A stretch of DNA of 64,000 bases. Origin: Azolla caroliniana. Taxonomy: Eukaryota; Plantae; Polypodiophyta. Every line of letters begins with the position of its first letter. The first letter of the stretch is position 1. Below are positions 1 through 15,200 of this stretch, in pieces. A program made the position numbers and the translations under genes. The notes beneath the pieces were generated by a model. That model saw nothing but the letters and a program-made list of their open reading frames with translations, ran no database searches and was not told the DNA's origin. Location: contig JBHGNT010000010.1 of assembly GCA_043228905.1 (NCBI GenBank), positions 18,786,001 to 18,850,000 on the forward strand, written 5' to 3'.

Positions 1-264
1 GCCCGTTGAAAAGCAATTTATTGATGAAAATATTGTTGGAGGGGGGGAGAGGCATCCTCTACGGATCTGCATTAAGGCCATGGTTAAATTTACCCTTTTT
101 TTCATATAATATATTTGCCGCATTGTATATAACTTATTTGAAACTACATGCCACACATCAAGTGTACCAAACTAGTGACGTTACAATCTCCAAATAGGAG
201 ATGGAGTCATCTCATAATAGCCAATGGCATCTCTCTCTCTCTTTTAAAAATATTATTATAATTA

Positions 265-1165
265 TCTTACCCTAGTGGTAAGTTGTTACACTACTAACAC
301 TACAACTTGGGTTAGAAATCCAATTGTCGCACCTCCTTATTACTCCAATATATATTCTCTTGATTGACCAAATGGCACTATGGAATGTAGGAGTTGAACC
401 CGATACCAATTAACTGACAACTTGGGTTCAAAACCCAATTAGCTCACCTCTTTATTACTCCGTACTTATTCTCTTGATTTACTCGATGCCACTATGGAAT
501 GTAGGGGTCGAACCCATTACCAAACTTTATTACTCCATACATATGTATTCTCTTGACTTACTAGATGCCACTGTGGAATGCAGGGGTCGAACCCATTACC
601 AAACTTTATTACTCCATACATATGTATTCTCTTGACTTACTAGATGCCACTGTGGAATGCAGGGGTCGAACCCATTACCAAACTTTATTACTCCATACAT
701 ATGTATTCTCTTGACTTACTAGATACCACTGTGGAATGCAAGGGTTGAACCCATTATCAACTTTATTACTCCATACATATGTATTCTCTTGACTTACTAG
801 ATACCACTGTGGAATGTAGGGGTCGAACCCATTACCAAACTTTATTACTCCATACATATGTATTCTCTTGACTTACTAGATACCACTGTGGAATGCAGGG
901 GTTGAACCCATTATCAACTTTATTACTCCATACATATTCTCTTGATTTACTAGATGCCAGGCGCTATGGAATGGAATGTCGGGGTCGAACCCATTAGCAA
1001 TTGACAACTCGGGATTCAAAACCCAGTGAGTGATCCACGCCTCGGCAGTTAGTACTCCATACACATTCTCTTAATTTTCTAGATGCCACTATGGAATGTG
1101 CATAGGGGGGATTTGAACCCATGACCTCCTCCTCTCTATCGGGCAACCTTCTGAGCGGAGAACTC
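265..1165 (-). mobile_element. tRNA-derived short interspersed element (copy 1), internally expanded into a tandem array
   Basis: Both ends match the unexpanded copies at 42056-42270 and 43477-43522/53408-53551: CTTACC-N5-GGTAAGTTGTTA at the left, TTGAACCCATGACCTC...GGGCAACCTT at the right. Flanked by CT-rich tracts. Confidence 0.7.
340..1120. repeat. Tandem array of about nine units; six near-identical 78-79 bp core units
   Basis: Unit CCCATTACCAAACTTTATTACTCCATACATATGTATTCTCTTGACTTACTAGATGCCACTGTGGAATGCAGGGGTCGAA recurs at about 513, 592, 671, 750, 828 and 907. Longer, diverged units lie at each end. Confidence 0.95.
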
Positions 1166-1426
1166 TCTCTGTCTTTGTCTTTGTCTCTCTCTCTCTCTCT
1201 CTCTTGTTGTTGTGTCTATCTGTTTCAATGGTGGACACCCCCCCCTTCCGGGGCGCCCCTCGTGTGCGTGTTGATTGGTCGGGGCCGGTCGGGCTACGGG
1301 TCCGGTTGGGTCCCGAGCATTGACATGTCACCATCACCATCACCATCATCATCATCATCCTCCTTTGGTTTTTCAAGGTCATGTTAGCTGTCCAAAACAG
1401 AGCACCCCCATTCTTCTTCTTCTTCT

Positions 1427-1470
<44 letters not shown>

Positions 1471-1508
1471 CTGTCTCTGTTTCTGTCCTTTCCTCTGTGC
1501 TTGTCTCC

Positions 1509-3700
<2,192 letters not shown>

Positions 3701-4211
3701 TGTCATTATTTTTATCGGATGCTTATTATTGTGTCATTCGATCCCTTTTCTCTAATATATCGGCATCATCATCGTCTTGTGCATCGATATATCCTTGAAG
3801 ATGTTATGAAAAATCTGTTGTAAAAGCTCACGCCACAGCTTGCATGCTCTCTTTGGTAGGGCTCACTGACATACACAGAAACAAATGTTGCGTGCAAGGA
3901 AAAAGATCGCGTTTGCCTCTCTCCATCTTTGTTTTCCTTTTTCTTTTATTTATTACCAACATAAAGTTGATATTGTTTTTACCTAGAATGATTATGATTA
4001 TGGATTCAAAAACCCAATTTTTTTTGTAGAGTTTTTCATGTGAATAAAAAACAGAAAACTGTTGAATACTCAAATCCCAATCTCACTTGTGTGATGTCTT
4101 AGTTTAATAGAAAGTTTTCCTTTAAATTGAAGAGACAGGTGGGGAATGTGGAGTACTTGTGTTGGTAAAGTAATTCAGATATGCAACTATGTTTTTGTGA
4201 TCATGATTATT

Positions 4212-4551
4212 GGGTGCTTATGTTGGTATTCAAATTCTAACTGGCAAGTTAGATTTGAATGAATAAACGATCGAGGTTATTAATGGATTAATGATTTATT
4301 ATTACTGGAAATTAGATATGCTAAGGTGATTGATACCATTTACTACTTGGGTTTTGATCTTTTTGACCCTGATGATGATAATCGGGTGCTTATGTTGGTA
4401 TTCAAATTCTAACTGGCAAGTTAGATTTGAATGAATAAATGATCGAGGTTAATAATGGATTAATGATTTATTATTACCGGAAATTAGATATGCTAAGGTG
4501 ATTGATACCATTTACTACTTGGGTTTTGATCTTTTTGACCCTGATGATGAT
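4212..4551. repeat. Near-perfect 172-bp tandem duplication
   Basis: GGGTGCTTATGTTGGTATTCAAATTC...CCCTGATGATGAT at 4212 and again at 4384. Confidence 0.95.
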
Positions 4552-5463
4552 TGTCTCATTCGCCAACTGCTATGGCTAATGCATGGGTAATATGTAATCC
4601 CATCATGATTCTATACCCTTCATGATTACCATTCTGAATTTTTTCAGTTAAATATTGGAAGGTGAAGGTACAAACTTTTTTGTGGGACTTGTCGTAACAA
4701 AGAATTGAGTGTCTTTAAGATGATGAGCTCAACAAAATATTATCTTGTTATAGTTGCCAAGTCCTACAAATTCGTCTATGCTCATGCTCACATAAATAAA
4801 CAACATAAAGGCTAAAGAGTATCCTTCACCTATAAATTTTCCAGTTTAACAGTGTGATTAGAATATACATATATGTCAATAGTGATGGGGCAAGCCTTGT
4901 TGCCTTTTTCGTATCACACTTCATTGTGGCTCTTTTGTTGCATCACTGCACATCCCATACAAAATTGGTCATTCATCTTAGCACATCCTTACCTATATTC
5001 TCTCCATAGTTTAATGTGAAAGAAGCAAGCACTCAATAGACAAAATTAATCTCAAACCAAACTAAGCATTCCATTCTTGGGTCCACCCATTAGTGCTAAA
5101 CCATTCAGTTTGTGTCCATATCCTATTGGTCAAAGGATAACCAGGGTACACCTCTCAAAGTTAACCATAACCCCACCACTCTTGATATTGACAAATCAAT
5201 GCCATTATCACTCAACATCAAAGGTGCTTTCCGGCTCTCTTCAGGTAGGTTTGACCCATGTTGGAAGTCAAAGGCAGAAATTCATATCCGCGTAAGACCA
5301 CAAAATAAGCACTTAGCTAATGAGAATATCTAGTACCTTAAGGGGGTTTTATTGATCTATTTATATTTATTCTGCTTTGTTTTCATCCAAGACGAGACAA
5401 CAATTCAGATTTTCTCTTGGCTTGAGAATACCAATAGTGCTCGAGTATATCAAGTATGCCAAC

Positions 5464-5572
5464 TGTGTTGACATTCCATTCTTCAGAAACAATGTTGACA
5501 CTCCATTCTCAAGAAACATTGTTGACATTCCATTCTCAAGAAACGGTGTTGACATTCCATTCCCCAAGAATG
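5464..5572. repeat. 27-bp tandem repeat x4
   Basis: TGTTGACATTCCATTCTCAAGAAAC-like unit repeated four times. Confidence 0.9.
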
Positions 5573-5586
5573 TTCAAAATGCCTTG

Positions 5587-6180
5587 GGGGTCTCATGAAT
5601 TCTATGCTCTTCAATTTCAACGATATAGCATAGTACAATAGCATTACTAATACATTACTAATACGATAAGATATAGTGGATCCCTCATGTGTCTATGATA
5701 TATTTATCACAATTTATCATAATTGTACAACCCAATGAAATCGTGCTTCATATAAGGCATAATCCAGACATACGTTCTGTTTCAAAAGAAACATATTGAC
5801 CATGCATTCAACCAAGAGGGGCATATTATTACTCTTAACCCAAAATTGTATTAGAATGATTTCACTCATTGCTTTACAACCTCGAAAGCCAGGGGTCTCA
5901 TGAATTCTATGCTGTTCAATTTCAACGATATAGCATAGTACAATAGCATTACTAATACGATAAGATATAGTGGATCCCTCATGTGTCTACTATATATTTA
6001 TCACAATTTATCATAATCGTACAACCCAATGAAATCGTGCTTCATATAAGGCATAATCCAGACATATGGTCTGTTTCAAAAGAAACATACTGACCATGCA
6101 TACAACCAAGTGGAGCATATTAGTACTCTTAACCCAAAATTGTATTAGAACCATTTCACTCATTGCTTTACAACCTCGAA
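5587..6180. repeat. ~300-bp tandem duplication covering the TAM41 stop codon and 3' UTR
   Basis: GGGGTCTCATGAATTCTATGCT...CATTGCTTTACAACCTCGAA at 5587-5886 and 5892-6180. Confidence 0.92.
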
Positions 6181-8683
6181 CGCCATGCCTTCGTAGCCTT
6201 CTTCCATAAATACCGCATTGAATTCATGCCCCCTGCAGCCAACAATCCTGACGCTACCTGCTTCATGCTCGACACACGAACAGTACTTCGAATTGCTCTC
6301 TGTAGACTCTTCACTGGGTCTCCTAGAGGAATACTATTCTCTTTCTCTCCTACAATAAATGAACTTCTTTGTTATTGACATGTGAAGAATTAAGGCAAAA
6401 AATATAGATAGAACTTAACATATTCTCATCAAAAGAAAAATACCTGTGGTCCTAGTTGCCATTCCATTATTACTTGGCACCATTTTATGCAACACAGTGT
6501 CTGGAAGTGAACTCACTAGAAAATCATTCGCATGCTGACTGCAATCCTATAAACACAATCTTTTTATATAATCCTTGAGTTTACTCATATCTTATATGTG
6601 CATGAATGCAATAGGGCAATTCGTTTTTTCACCCTTCTTAGAATGGATCCAAGGTTCCCATAGGATGATGGTAGATGGAGCATCCCTGACGCAGCAATGT
6701 GACACAGGGGGCTATGATATAGCGAATGAAAACGTTTGGCATTACCTTGAACTATTCTTTTCACCTGAAATTTGTTAGATGGAGATGAGACTGAACCTTG
6801 TTTTAAGTTATGTGAAAGTATCTTTATATTTCAAATTGCCTAATTACATACCTTGTTTTTGTCTTCTGCAAATATCATTCTCACATCCCCCATATATGAA
6901 AGTCCACATATCTTTCGGTACAGTTCTTCCTACATATGAACCATGTTATAATTACCTTACAATTTTATCTCTCTATATATACATTGCACTACTTCAGTTT
7001 CATGTTTTAATAATAGAGGTTCTGGTGACTAATATTTCTGAGTGGTCAAGAATAAACTTCTATCTATCATTGCTTCAAAGGAATAGCATTAGCACAGGTC
7101 ATATCATAACAAACTCATTCAGATATCACTAAAATGAAAAGCATACACGCCATAACATGATTCTATATCAATCTATGAAAATACCATGAAAAAAATGCCC
7201 ATATCCTTTTAACTCTTGATTCATTATTCAAAGAAAGAAGTTGAAACTAAATAGAAAACCTCTGAAAACTCAGCAGGAAGAAGTAGTAATGCAGCTGAGG
7301 CTGCAGCTTGTAAATTAACTCGGTTCACCTTTGCAATATCCCAATCATCAGCAAGAATTTTCACCTACAGAATGAACAAATGCGTGAAGTTTCCCATACC
7401 TGGACATCACATGTTATTCAATCTGTAAAATACACTTGATGTCCATGTTGATATTCAATCTGTAAATATGTTTTTATGTCATGTGCTATATGAAACACAA
7501 CATACAGGTTTTTGAAGCCTGCCACTGATGTAAAGTGATTTCCACAATAGTATATCTTGAACAAGATAATCCATGCTAATAACACCATATTTAATCATCT
7601 GCAAATAGTGGAAAAAAAAAACATCGTGAAATAAACAAAGATGTGAAATACTAAATCAACTAAAAGCCAAAGCCAAAGCCAAACAAAAGTACTGACCTTC
7701 CCATTCCAAGGTACAAATGCATTGAAGTGTACTCCAGCACCAATTTTGTCTGCAATCAATGAAACCTAGGTCAAGGCATAATGTTTTAGTGTTGATGGGA
7801 CAATTCTCGCTCTTATAATGGAAAAATGCACCTTAACAACGTAATACAAATAAAATTACCCCTTTGCCTCCAAAATATGCAAGCCACGAATTATAATGGT
7901 GTCGGTTCCTCTCTATATTCTGCAGTAATGAAATCAATTATATTCAATTTTGAGAGGCAAGGTGTATGCAACACAAAGAATGAAATGAAGAGGATCACCT
8001 CAGAATGCCAACACACTGGAGCTTTGACCCCAAGAATGTAATCTACCATAGGTGCCTGCTCAACCCATCATTGACAATCATCCATGTCAAAATTTGTGCC
8101 ATTTTCATCAAAAGAACCTCTCTTCAATATCAGTACATACTGGATTTACATAATTAAGAAAGAAGAATAAAGAAGCAACAGAAAAAACATTATGAAAAAA
8201 CAAAGGAAACGTATAAAAAATTCTTAAGATCGCTTTTAAAGAAAACCAGTTATTGCCTACAAGCAAAAGCAATTAAAAAGGAGGATAGAATAAATGCAAG
8301 AAACAGCAGGAAACAGGAAACATATAAAAACACTAAGATCAACCTTGACACAAACCAGTGAACGACAAAAGCAAAAGTCAAACCATGGAACAAATAACTG
8401 TATTGGTTCCAAAACCTTATACTTTCAATTAGAAAAATGTCATGAGAAATTATTTTCACCATATGGTAGCATAGATAGCATTAACCGGAATGACCATCAC
8501 TTACACAAGTTAAGATAGAATCCATACCTCGTTTCTTGCTAAATGTGAATTCCCCGGCTGCTCAAATACACCAGAACCATATGCAAATGCAAATTCAACA
8601 GGAGGTAAATCTTGCAATGGTGCAAGTAACGTCTCTGTAGCATCCACACCGTGCCTGATTATGTTTCCAGATGCCATCGTCAT
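6168..8683 (-). CDS. TAM41: Mitochondrial phosphatidate cytidylyltransferase (Tam41/Mmp37), about 10 coding exons
   Basis: Translated exons: PPVEFAFAYGSGVF (~8529-8683), APMVDYILGV..WHSE (~8000-8055), NIERNRHHYNSWL (~7860-7919), IADKIGAGVHFNAFV (~7697-7765), MIKYGVIS..LYISGRLQKP (~7507-7599), NLQAAASAALLLLP (~7260-7364), ICGLSYMGDVRMIFAEDKNK (~6852-6929), VKRIVQGN (~6633-6764), 6444-6546, and SSMKQVASGLLAAGG..KAWRSRL* (6168-6349). The exact start ATG is uncertain (8677, 8683 or 8713). Confidence 0.93.
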
Positions 8684-9617
8684 CGGAAAAATCAAAGACG
8701 AGTGAGGAAGCATTCAATGCTGTAATGGAGCAGTAAAAGTCAACAATTTTCATCTAAATCAAATGTTTCATGTAAAACAAAATAATGAAGGAAATAAACT
8801 AGTGGCCCACAACAATATTTCTTCTATTATCATGTGATAATCTATTCCTGAAGATGAACGAAGCAAAATGCTTGAGTGTGGGCACTAAGAATGATTAGAT
8901 TTGTATGTGAGTCCTATGTAAATGCATTTGAATCTGTGGATCTACAGAAAGAATGAATATATGAATCTATGGAGGTTAGAAGCAATGAGTCATGGTGTGG
9001 CGCATAAGTGCATACCGGGATAAATTGGGAAACTGTAATGTGAATACATATATACATACGATTATATAAACAAATAGGTTCAAGATGTATATGGCAATGC
9101 ATAGATACACATGAAGAGAAATATGCATGGATGTGGATATCAGGTTAGAATCATGATGCAGTGCATATGTCCATGCCTGACAGATACATACAAAGACACA
9201 TGTGTACTGCATATGTGAAATGCAAATGTAAATGAACAAAGTATGCTTACACCAAGAAATAGAAAATGAAGGAACAAAAGAGATTATGTAAGTCAATTTT
9301 CTTATGCATTTGATATGTCTACAACCAAAGTGAGAGGACACACGAACAAAGCAAAGGATAAACACAAAATTTTCAATGAATGAACCAATGTTAGAACGAC
9401 AGAGAGACAAAAGCCATGAGCGGGCTAACTAGAAACCATCAGAATATATATATATATATATATATAAGCAAGAAACTCTGCAATGGGGGAATTACCTGAT
9501 ACTGTGTGGCTCCATGGACACACATGGAGGAGGGATCATCAGCTATGTCTCTGTGATTCAGAACAAACAGAACAAATGAAAAAGAATAATACTTTTGGAA
9601 GAAGAAAAAAAACACAC

Positions 9618-9955
9618 CCCTGAGCTTTTCTTTATTCCATCGGAAATGCCCCTCACTTTCTTGAGCTTTTCTTTATTTCATCGAAAATGCCCCTCACTCT
9701 CCTGAGCTTCTCTCTTTAATCTCATCGAAACTGCGCCTCACTCACTCTCCTGAGCTTTTCTATATTTCACCCGAAATGCCCTTCACTTTTCTTGAGCGTT
9801 TCTTTATTTCATCGAAAATGCGTCTCGCCCTACCGAGCTTTTCTTTGATTCATCAGAAAATGCCCCTCACTTTCTCGACCTTTTCTTTACTTCATCGAAA
9901 ATGTGCCTCACTCTCCTTAGCTTTTCTTTGTTTCATCAAAAATGCCCATCACTTC
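9618..9955. repeat. ~42-bp degenerate minisatellite, about 8 units, upstream of TAM41
   Basis: Unit GAGCTTTTCTTTATTTCATCGAAAATGCCCCTCACTCTCCT. Confidence 0.9.
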
Positions 9956-11359
9956 CCTCTACAGATGCCCCACCCCCGAAAACCCCACCTCATAGCATTT
10001 GATCATCAAGATTTGAGGTATCATTAGGACGATGTAGCATGAACTATAAAAAGGTAGAACATGTGCAAAAGTAAACATTTAAAGCTAGTTGATCAATAGG
10101 AGGATCCAAACAGATCTACCGACTCAAATTTACTCATTGTGGATGGAATGCTACTTCTCGAGCGAGCAAATCAACTCCCTTGCACTTATCTCTGTCCATT
10201 AATATATCAAATAAAAGGACTTGCTAGAAGAAGGAGTGAGCTTGAATGAATCTTGCAATGGATCGATTATTCAACTTCATATTCTTGATGAACATTGTTG
10301 AAGAAGATAAAGAAATAGGCTTAGTGGAGGAAGAGATGAAGAAATAAATGAAGACTTTAGAATCTAAGAGATTTTTTAGAATAACTCTATATTGAGAATT
10401 AGTGCAAATGGAAATTTATGTACAATATGATTGGTTTGTAGATGATTGTAAGGCGAGACTAGTATACAAAAGGTTTTCTTCGCACCTAGACAAATATATG
10501 CTTACATATGATGAATGAAAAATAGATTTATTACAATTTACTTCTCGCAAATGAGCTCAATGTGCACCTTAGAATTACTTTGATGTCCCTTTGCCTTATA
10601 ACATATTTAGAGGTTTACCTTGCCATGACATCCACAATATTGCAAATTGGATTGTTCAACAAGGGTCTTTGCATTCTCATATCATCTTAAAATATAGGTT
10701 ACAAGCACACAATCAAATAAATGGACATTATTATTGTCTTTGGAGTTCAAATATGATATGTGAAAGAAAAGTGAACTTATATTTGCCAGAGTGTGTGGAA
10801 TTGAGTAGTGCTTATTGATGTTCAAGAATTTTATGCATAAAAATCGAAATCAAGAATGCACATTAAGATTGTGAGAGGAATGTATCTAGGGAGTGGATTG
10901 GATTGATAGTGTGTGGAAAGCAAACTCAAACATAGTACAATATGTGATAAATTTACTCTTGAACTTGCTAAGGGAAAATATGCATGGTCACTAGAGTCTC
11001 CTCACCTATGCACCAAAGCCCCGACTCATATCAAAGCGAATGTGAGCTATGTCTAAGTCGTACAGAAGCAATGTTACAAATGTTGAACAAATGGATGGGT
11101 TATAACTTGTACCGGTGTACTTTATGGCATCGTTAAATGTGGTTCCTCATTCAAAGAAGATGGTTTTGAACTTCGGTGCAACATATGTAATATGATGTGT
11201 GAAAGCAAAATGTGATGCATCCCATTCTATAAACCACTTCTTCATATATTGGATCCATCCGATGCCAAACGTTTTGCTTTTATGTGTTTTTTGAATATGT
11301 CTACTTGCTTTTCCATGCAATCCAAGGAAATCAATGGGATGGTCTTTCTTTGGAACCTT

Positions 11360-11885
11360 AAGCATGTCTTAGGTAATCCTTTTCCCTCGCCTCAATCTTG
11401 ACGACAAAGTGATATGGTCTCGAGAAGAGGTAATTCTCGAGGACCCATCAATTTTATTTCTCCACGTAGGGGAGATGTCGTGCAATGCACAATTCATGCC
11501 TTCTAAGTGACAAGTATCATCACATCCATTCCTTCGATCTCTGATAAGATGGAACGTCAAACCCAATACATTTGAAGCTTTCCATTATTAGGATTAGGAT
11601 TATCAACGGGAGGGCTTTTTTGGAATTGTAAGCATGTACATACTAGGTAACCCTTTTCAGTCTCACGCAAACTCGACAACAAAGTGATATGGTCTCGAGA
11701 AGGGGTAATTCTCGAGGACCCATCAAATTTTATTCCTCCGCGAATTGGATATGTCTTGCAATGCACAAACGGCGATCTTTCATGCCTTCTCTAAGTGACA
11801 ACTTACAAGTATCATCACATTCATTCCTTCCATCTCTCCATCAAGCCCAATACATTTGAAGCTTTCCATGAATAGGATTCGGATT
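11360..11885. repeat. Diverged ~275-bp direct repeat pair
   Basis: GACAAAGTGATATGGTCTCGAGAAG.GGTAATTCTCGAGGACCCATCAA...CCCAATACATTTGAAGCTTTCCAT occurs at about 11400-11585 and 11678-11869. Confidence 0.85.
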
Positions 11886-12031
11886 AGGGTTAGGGATAGG
11901 ATTGGTGTTAGGGGTAGGGTTATGAATACGATTACAATTACAATTACAATTACGATTATGATTATGATTACAATTATGATTATGATTATGATTATGATTA
12001 TGATTATGATTATGATTATGATTATGATTAT
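11872..12031. repeat. Compound hexamer microsatellite (ATTAGG / ATTACA / ATTATG)n
   Basis: Directly visible. Confidence 0.9.
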
Positions 12032-12271
12032 AGTGTATATGATTTGTCTTGTATTTCAGATTCAGAGCCTTCACATTCATAACCCCCTCTGTATATTGCC
12101 CACATTCCCCCTGTTTTTGGAGCCATTTCCAAAATTTTCCTCTGATGATCGAGTCTTCACCAGCATAACCTCTGTTTCAGAGCCATTGATTCATCAAATC
12201 ACAAAAAATTTCTCCCACAACATTCCCTCTGATTCCTGTTCTGCTGCTACCGATCGACCTCTAGTGTGTCC

Positions 12272-15200
12272 ATGGCCGCCGCCTCTGGTTGCACAATCAC
12301 CCTGCTCCCGACAACCCTATTGATCTTTTGCTTCATGGTTTTATTCAGTAGCAGCCTTTCCCACCCAGCTCATTCTGTTGGCGGCGGTGATAGAAACAGA
12401 GAGCTCTTGGAGGTTCCTTCGAGAGGAGACAGAGACAGTGGTCTGGTGTGGATTGTTCAGCTCTCTGACCTTCATTTTAGTTCATACCACCCCCATCGAT
12501 CTCTCTCTTTCAAGAAGATCATCCCTCCCATCCTTGCCTTAATCCGACCTGATATTGTAATAATCACTGGCGACCTTACAGGTTAGGCATTCGATGGATC
12601 AATCGATCGTTTTTTATTGTTTTTTTAAACGAATATAAAGTTGCAGGTTTTCCAATGACTTCATGTGGGTTCGGAAGTGATGGAATGCAATTTTTTTGGA
12701 AACTTTGTGGTACTCTGATCATTTCTGGAAATATTTGAGACATAGGGATAATCTGGTATTTTGGGGAAGTGTAGAGGTGTTCAGGTAAATTTATAAAGTT
12801 AGGGGTGTGTTGATGATCTTTCCTTTCGGTAAATTTCAAGCAGAGACTGGTTGTTAAAGCCAAGCAATGAATTATTTTGATTGTCAAGCGATGCATGACG
12901 TTAAGTGTTAAGAAATGGATGATTGGTCTGTCTCACTTGAAGAATGAAGTTGAATCCCGAGCAACGAGCAATGGTTTATGTCAAGAAATGACTGATGTTA
13001 TGCATCAAGAAACCAATGATTGTTCATGCCAGTCAAAGAATCATTTTGAATTTCCAGCAATGAGTGATGTTGCATGTGAAGCAATGAATGAAATATTACT
13101 ATTGTTAAAATACTTAATCAATTAGCCATATGGTAAAATTGATGCTTTATTTGGTGTTTATATTATTTGACTCTTGATGAAGTTAATAGAATGACCACAT
13201 GTTTAACCTGAAAAAATAATTGTTAAAATGATCGATTTTAGTACAGATGGGAAAAGCAAGGACCGGATGGCGATGCAGCAGGATGAATTGGAATGGATCC
13301 AATATAAAGACGCTATGGATTGGGTCATCGTTAAAAGTGGGTTACCGGAGAATGTGTTTTTTGATGTGCGAGGAAACCATGACAAATTTGGGGTTCCTAA
13401 AGTTGGCTCCCAAGTTGATTACTTCTCTAAGTATAGTATCAGTGCTCGTTTGAATCGCACTGCAACTGTTCAGAGCATAACCCTGAAGGTGAGGTTACTT
13501 CTACTTGTGTTTTTCTTTTCTGAATTATCATATGAAATGTGTACAATTCCTGAAATTTGGGACATTGTGGCAAGACATGTATTCAATGTTCCCGTCTGCA
13601 ATTTACAGAAAAGCGAAGCCTTGATGTAAGGCTAGCTAATCTATAGAGGCATTTTATTGTGGATTCATCAGCAGTATCATCAATCTTTGATACTGTAATA
13701 GTAGGTGTCTGTGATATCATTGCGAACACTTTAGGTGAAATGTTGCCCTCCAGTTTGTTACAGCTTAGTAATGCGTTTCATACCATCATTGAACATTTCG
13801 GCGGGATCTTGGATTGCAGTTCTAAGCTTCATTATACATTTGATACCATCGCAAAACCCTTCGGCAAGATATCATACCTCCTTTTGAAAATTTATTAATA
13901 TTTCTGTACTGTCAGGTAACCCTTTGATGAGATGTCACAATTCTGTAATAAGTTTCAGAATGCATCTGGTACCATCTAATACATTCAAGAAACTTTTCTG
14001 CCAGGTTTCACAGATTGATTCTGAGCTTAATGATGGACCTGAAACATCACGAAACCTTTAGGTTCCCATAGGTGTCTCTAAGCTTAACTCAGGATTTGAT
14101 ACCATTGGGAAGTCTTTCACAGAGATATTGCCCTCTGCTGTGTGGTCCATGAAAAAGCCACAATCAAAGTCAAAGGCTCAAATGGGTCACTTTGTGGCCA
14201 TGCATTGCCGTCCACTCATTACTGATGCTTTTCAGTAGACCTTCCAGACAAACTTCAAATGTTTTGTTGTGCTTAACTTTGCAACATATGCCCATATCAT
14301 GGATTTATCTGGGCCGCTCCAAAGCTCTATTTAGCAAGACTATCAGACTATCAGAGTCTATTTGCTAATGCCGTCCACTCATTACTGATGCTTTTCAGTA
14401 GACCTTCCATACAAACTTCAAATGTTTTGTTGTGCTTAACTTTGCAACATATGCCCATATCATGGATTTATCTGGGCCGCTCCAAAGCTCTATTTAGCAA
14501 GACTATCAGACTATCAGAGTCTATTTGCTAATGATGCTGTAAGAGGCATTAAGAAGGCCTCCATATATTGGTTGCGTTTGGCTCTATCCTGAGGGATAGG
14601 TTTGATGACCCCGAGATTGAATCCCTCTGGGAGGCCACATTGACTGTGCTGGTATAGACCTTGATAATACTTCAAGCTCATTCAAACCACTCTTATGTCA
14701 GAAATTCTTGCTGACCGCGAGAAAAACTATTTGACATCAGCAACAAACAGATAGCAATGTCAGTATGAAAAGAAAGAAAGATGCAGAGAGCAACAAGGCT
14801 TAGGATATTACTGGTAATAATGTCTTGTATCAATGAATATGAATGAAAGATCATATTCTAAAGTTTTGAACAAATACTTGAGAACTTGATGCGATGCTTG
14901 CCGATGACTTTGTCTTGGAAGCACTGGAGAGTTGACTGAGAATACTCACCACACATACATATGTGTGTGTGTGGGACAAATCAAGTGTGGTGTAAGGGAA
15001 ATGAAGACAAGGCCTAATCAATTGCCCATGTTTTGTACTATTCTCAAATAGTCAAAAGAGCCTTGGGGTGGAACCCACAGGATAAGAAAGAGACATACAA
15101 TTTGACATGTCATAAGTTTGAAGAAGCTACTTCAGATTCCTGTGTTTGGCTGACAAATATTTCTCCATTTGAATCATTTGTAGTAGACTGATTTAAATCA

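Noticed and set aside
513-985. CRISPR-like array
   Set aside because: Whole units are near identical, with no unique spacers and no cas genes, in a eukaryotic context. It is a minisatellite.
1089-1500. His-, Ser- and Leu-rich ORFs upstream of Rab
   Set aside because: Products of (CAT)n, (CTT)n and (CT)n tracts in the promoter/5' UTR.
10050-11350. Possible decayed TE coding remnant between TAM41 and the phosphoesterase gene
   Set aside because: Only short broken frames with no diagnostic motif.
11841-12323. ORFs with NH/IM repeats and a telomere-like TTAGGG stretch
   Set aside because: Hexamer microsatellite. Only about two TTAGGG units, not a TTTAGGG interstitial telomere.
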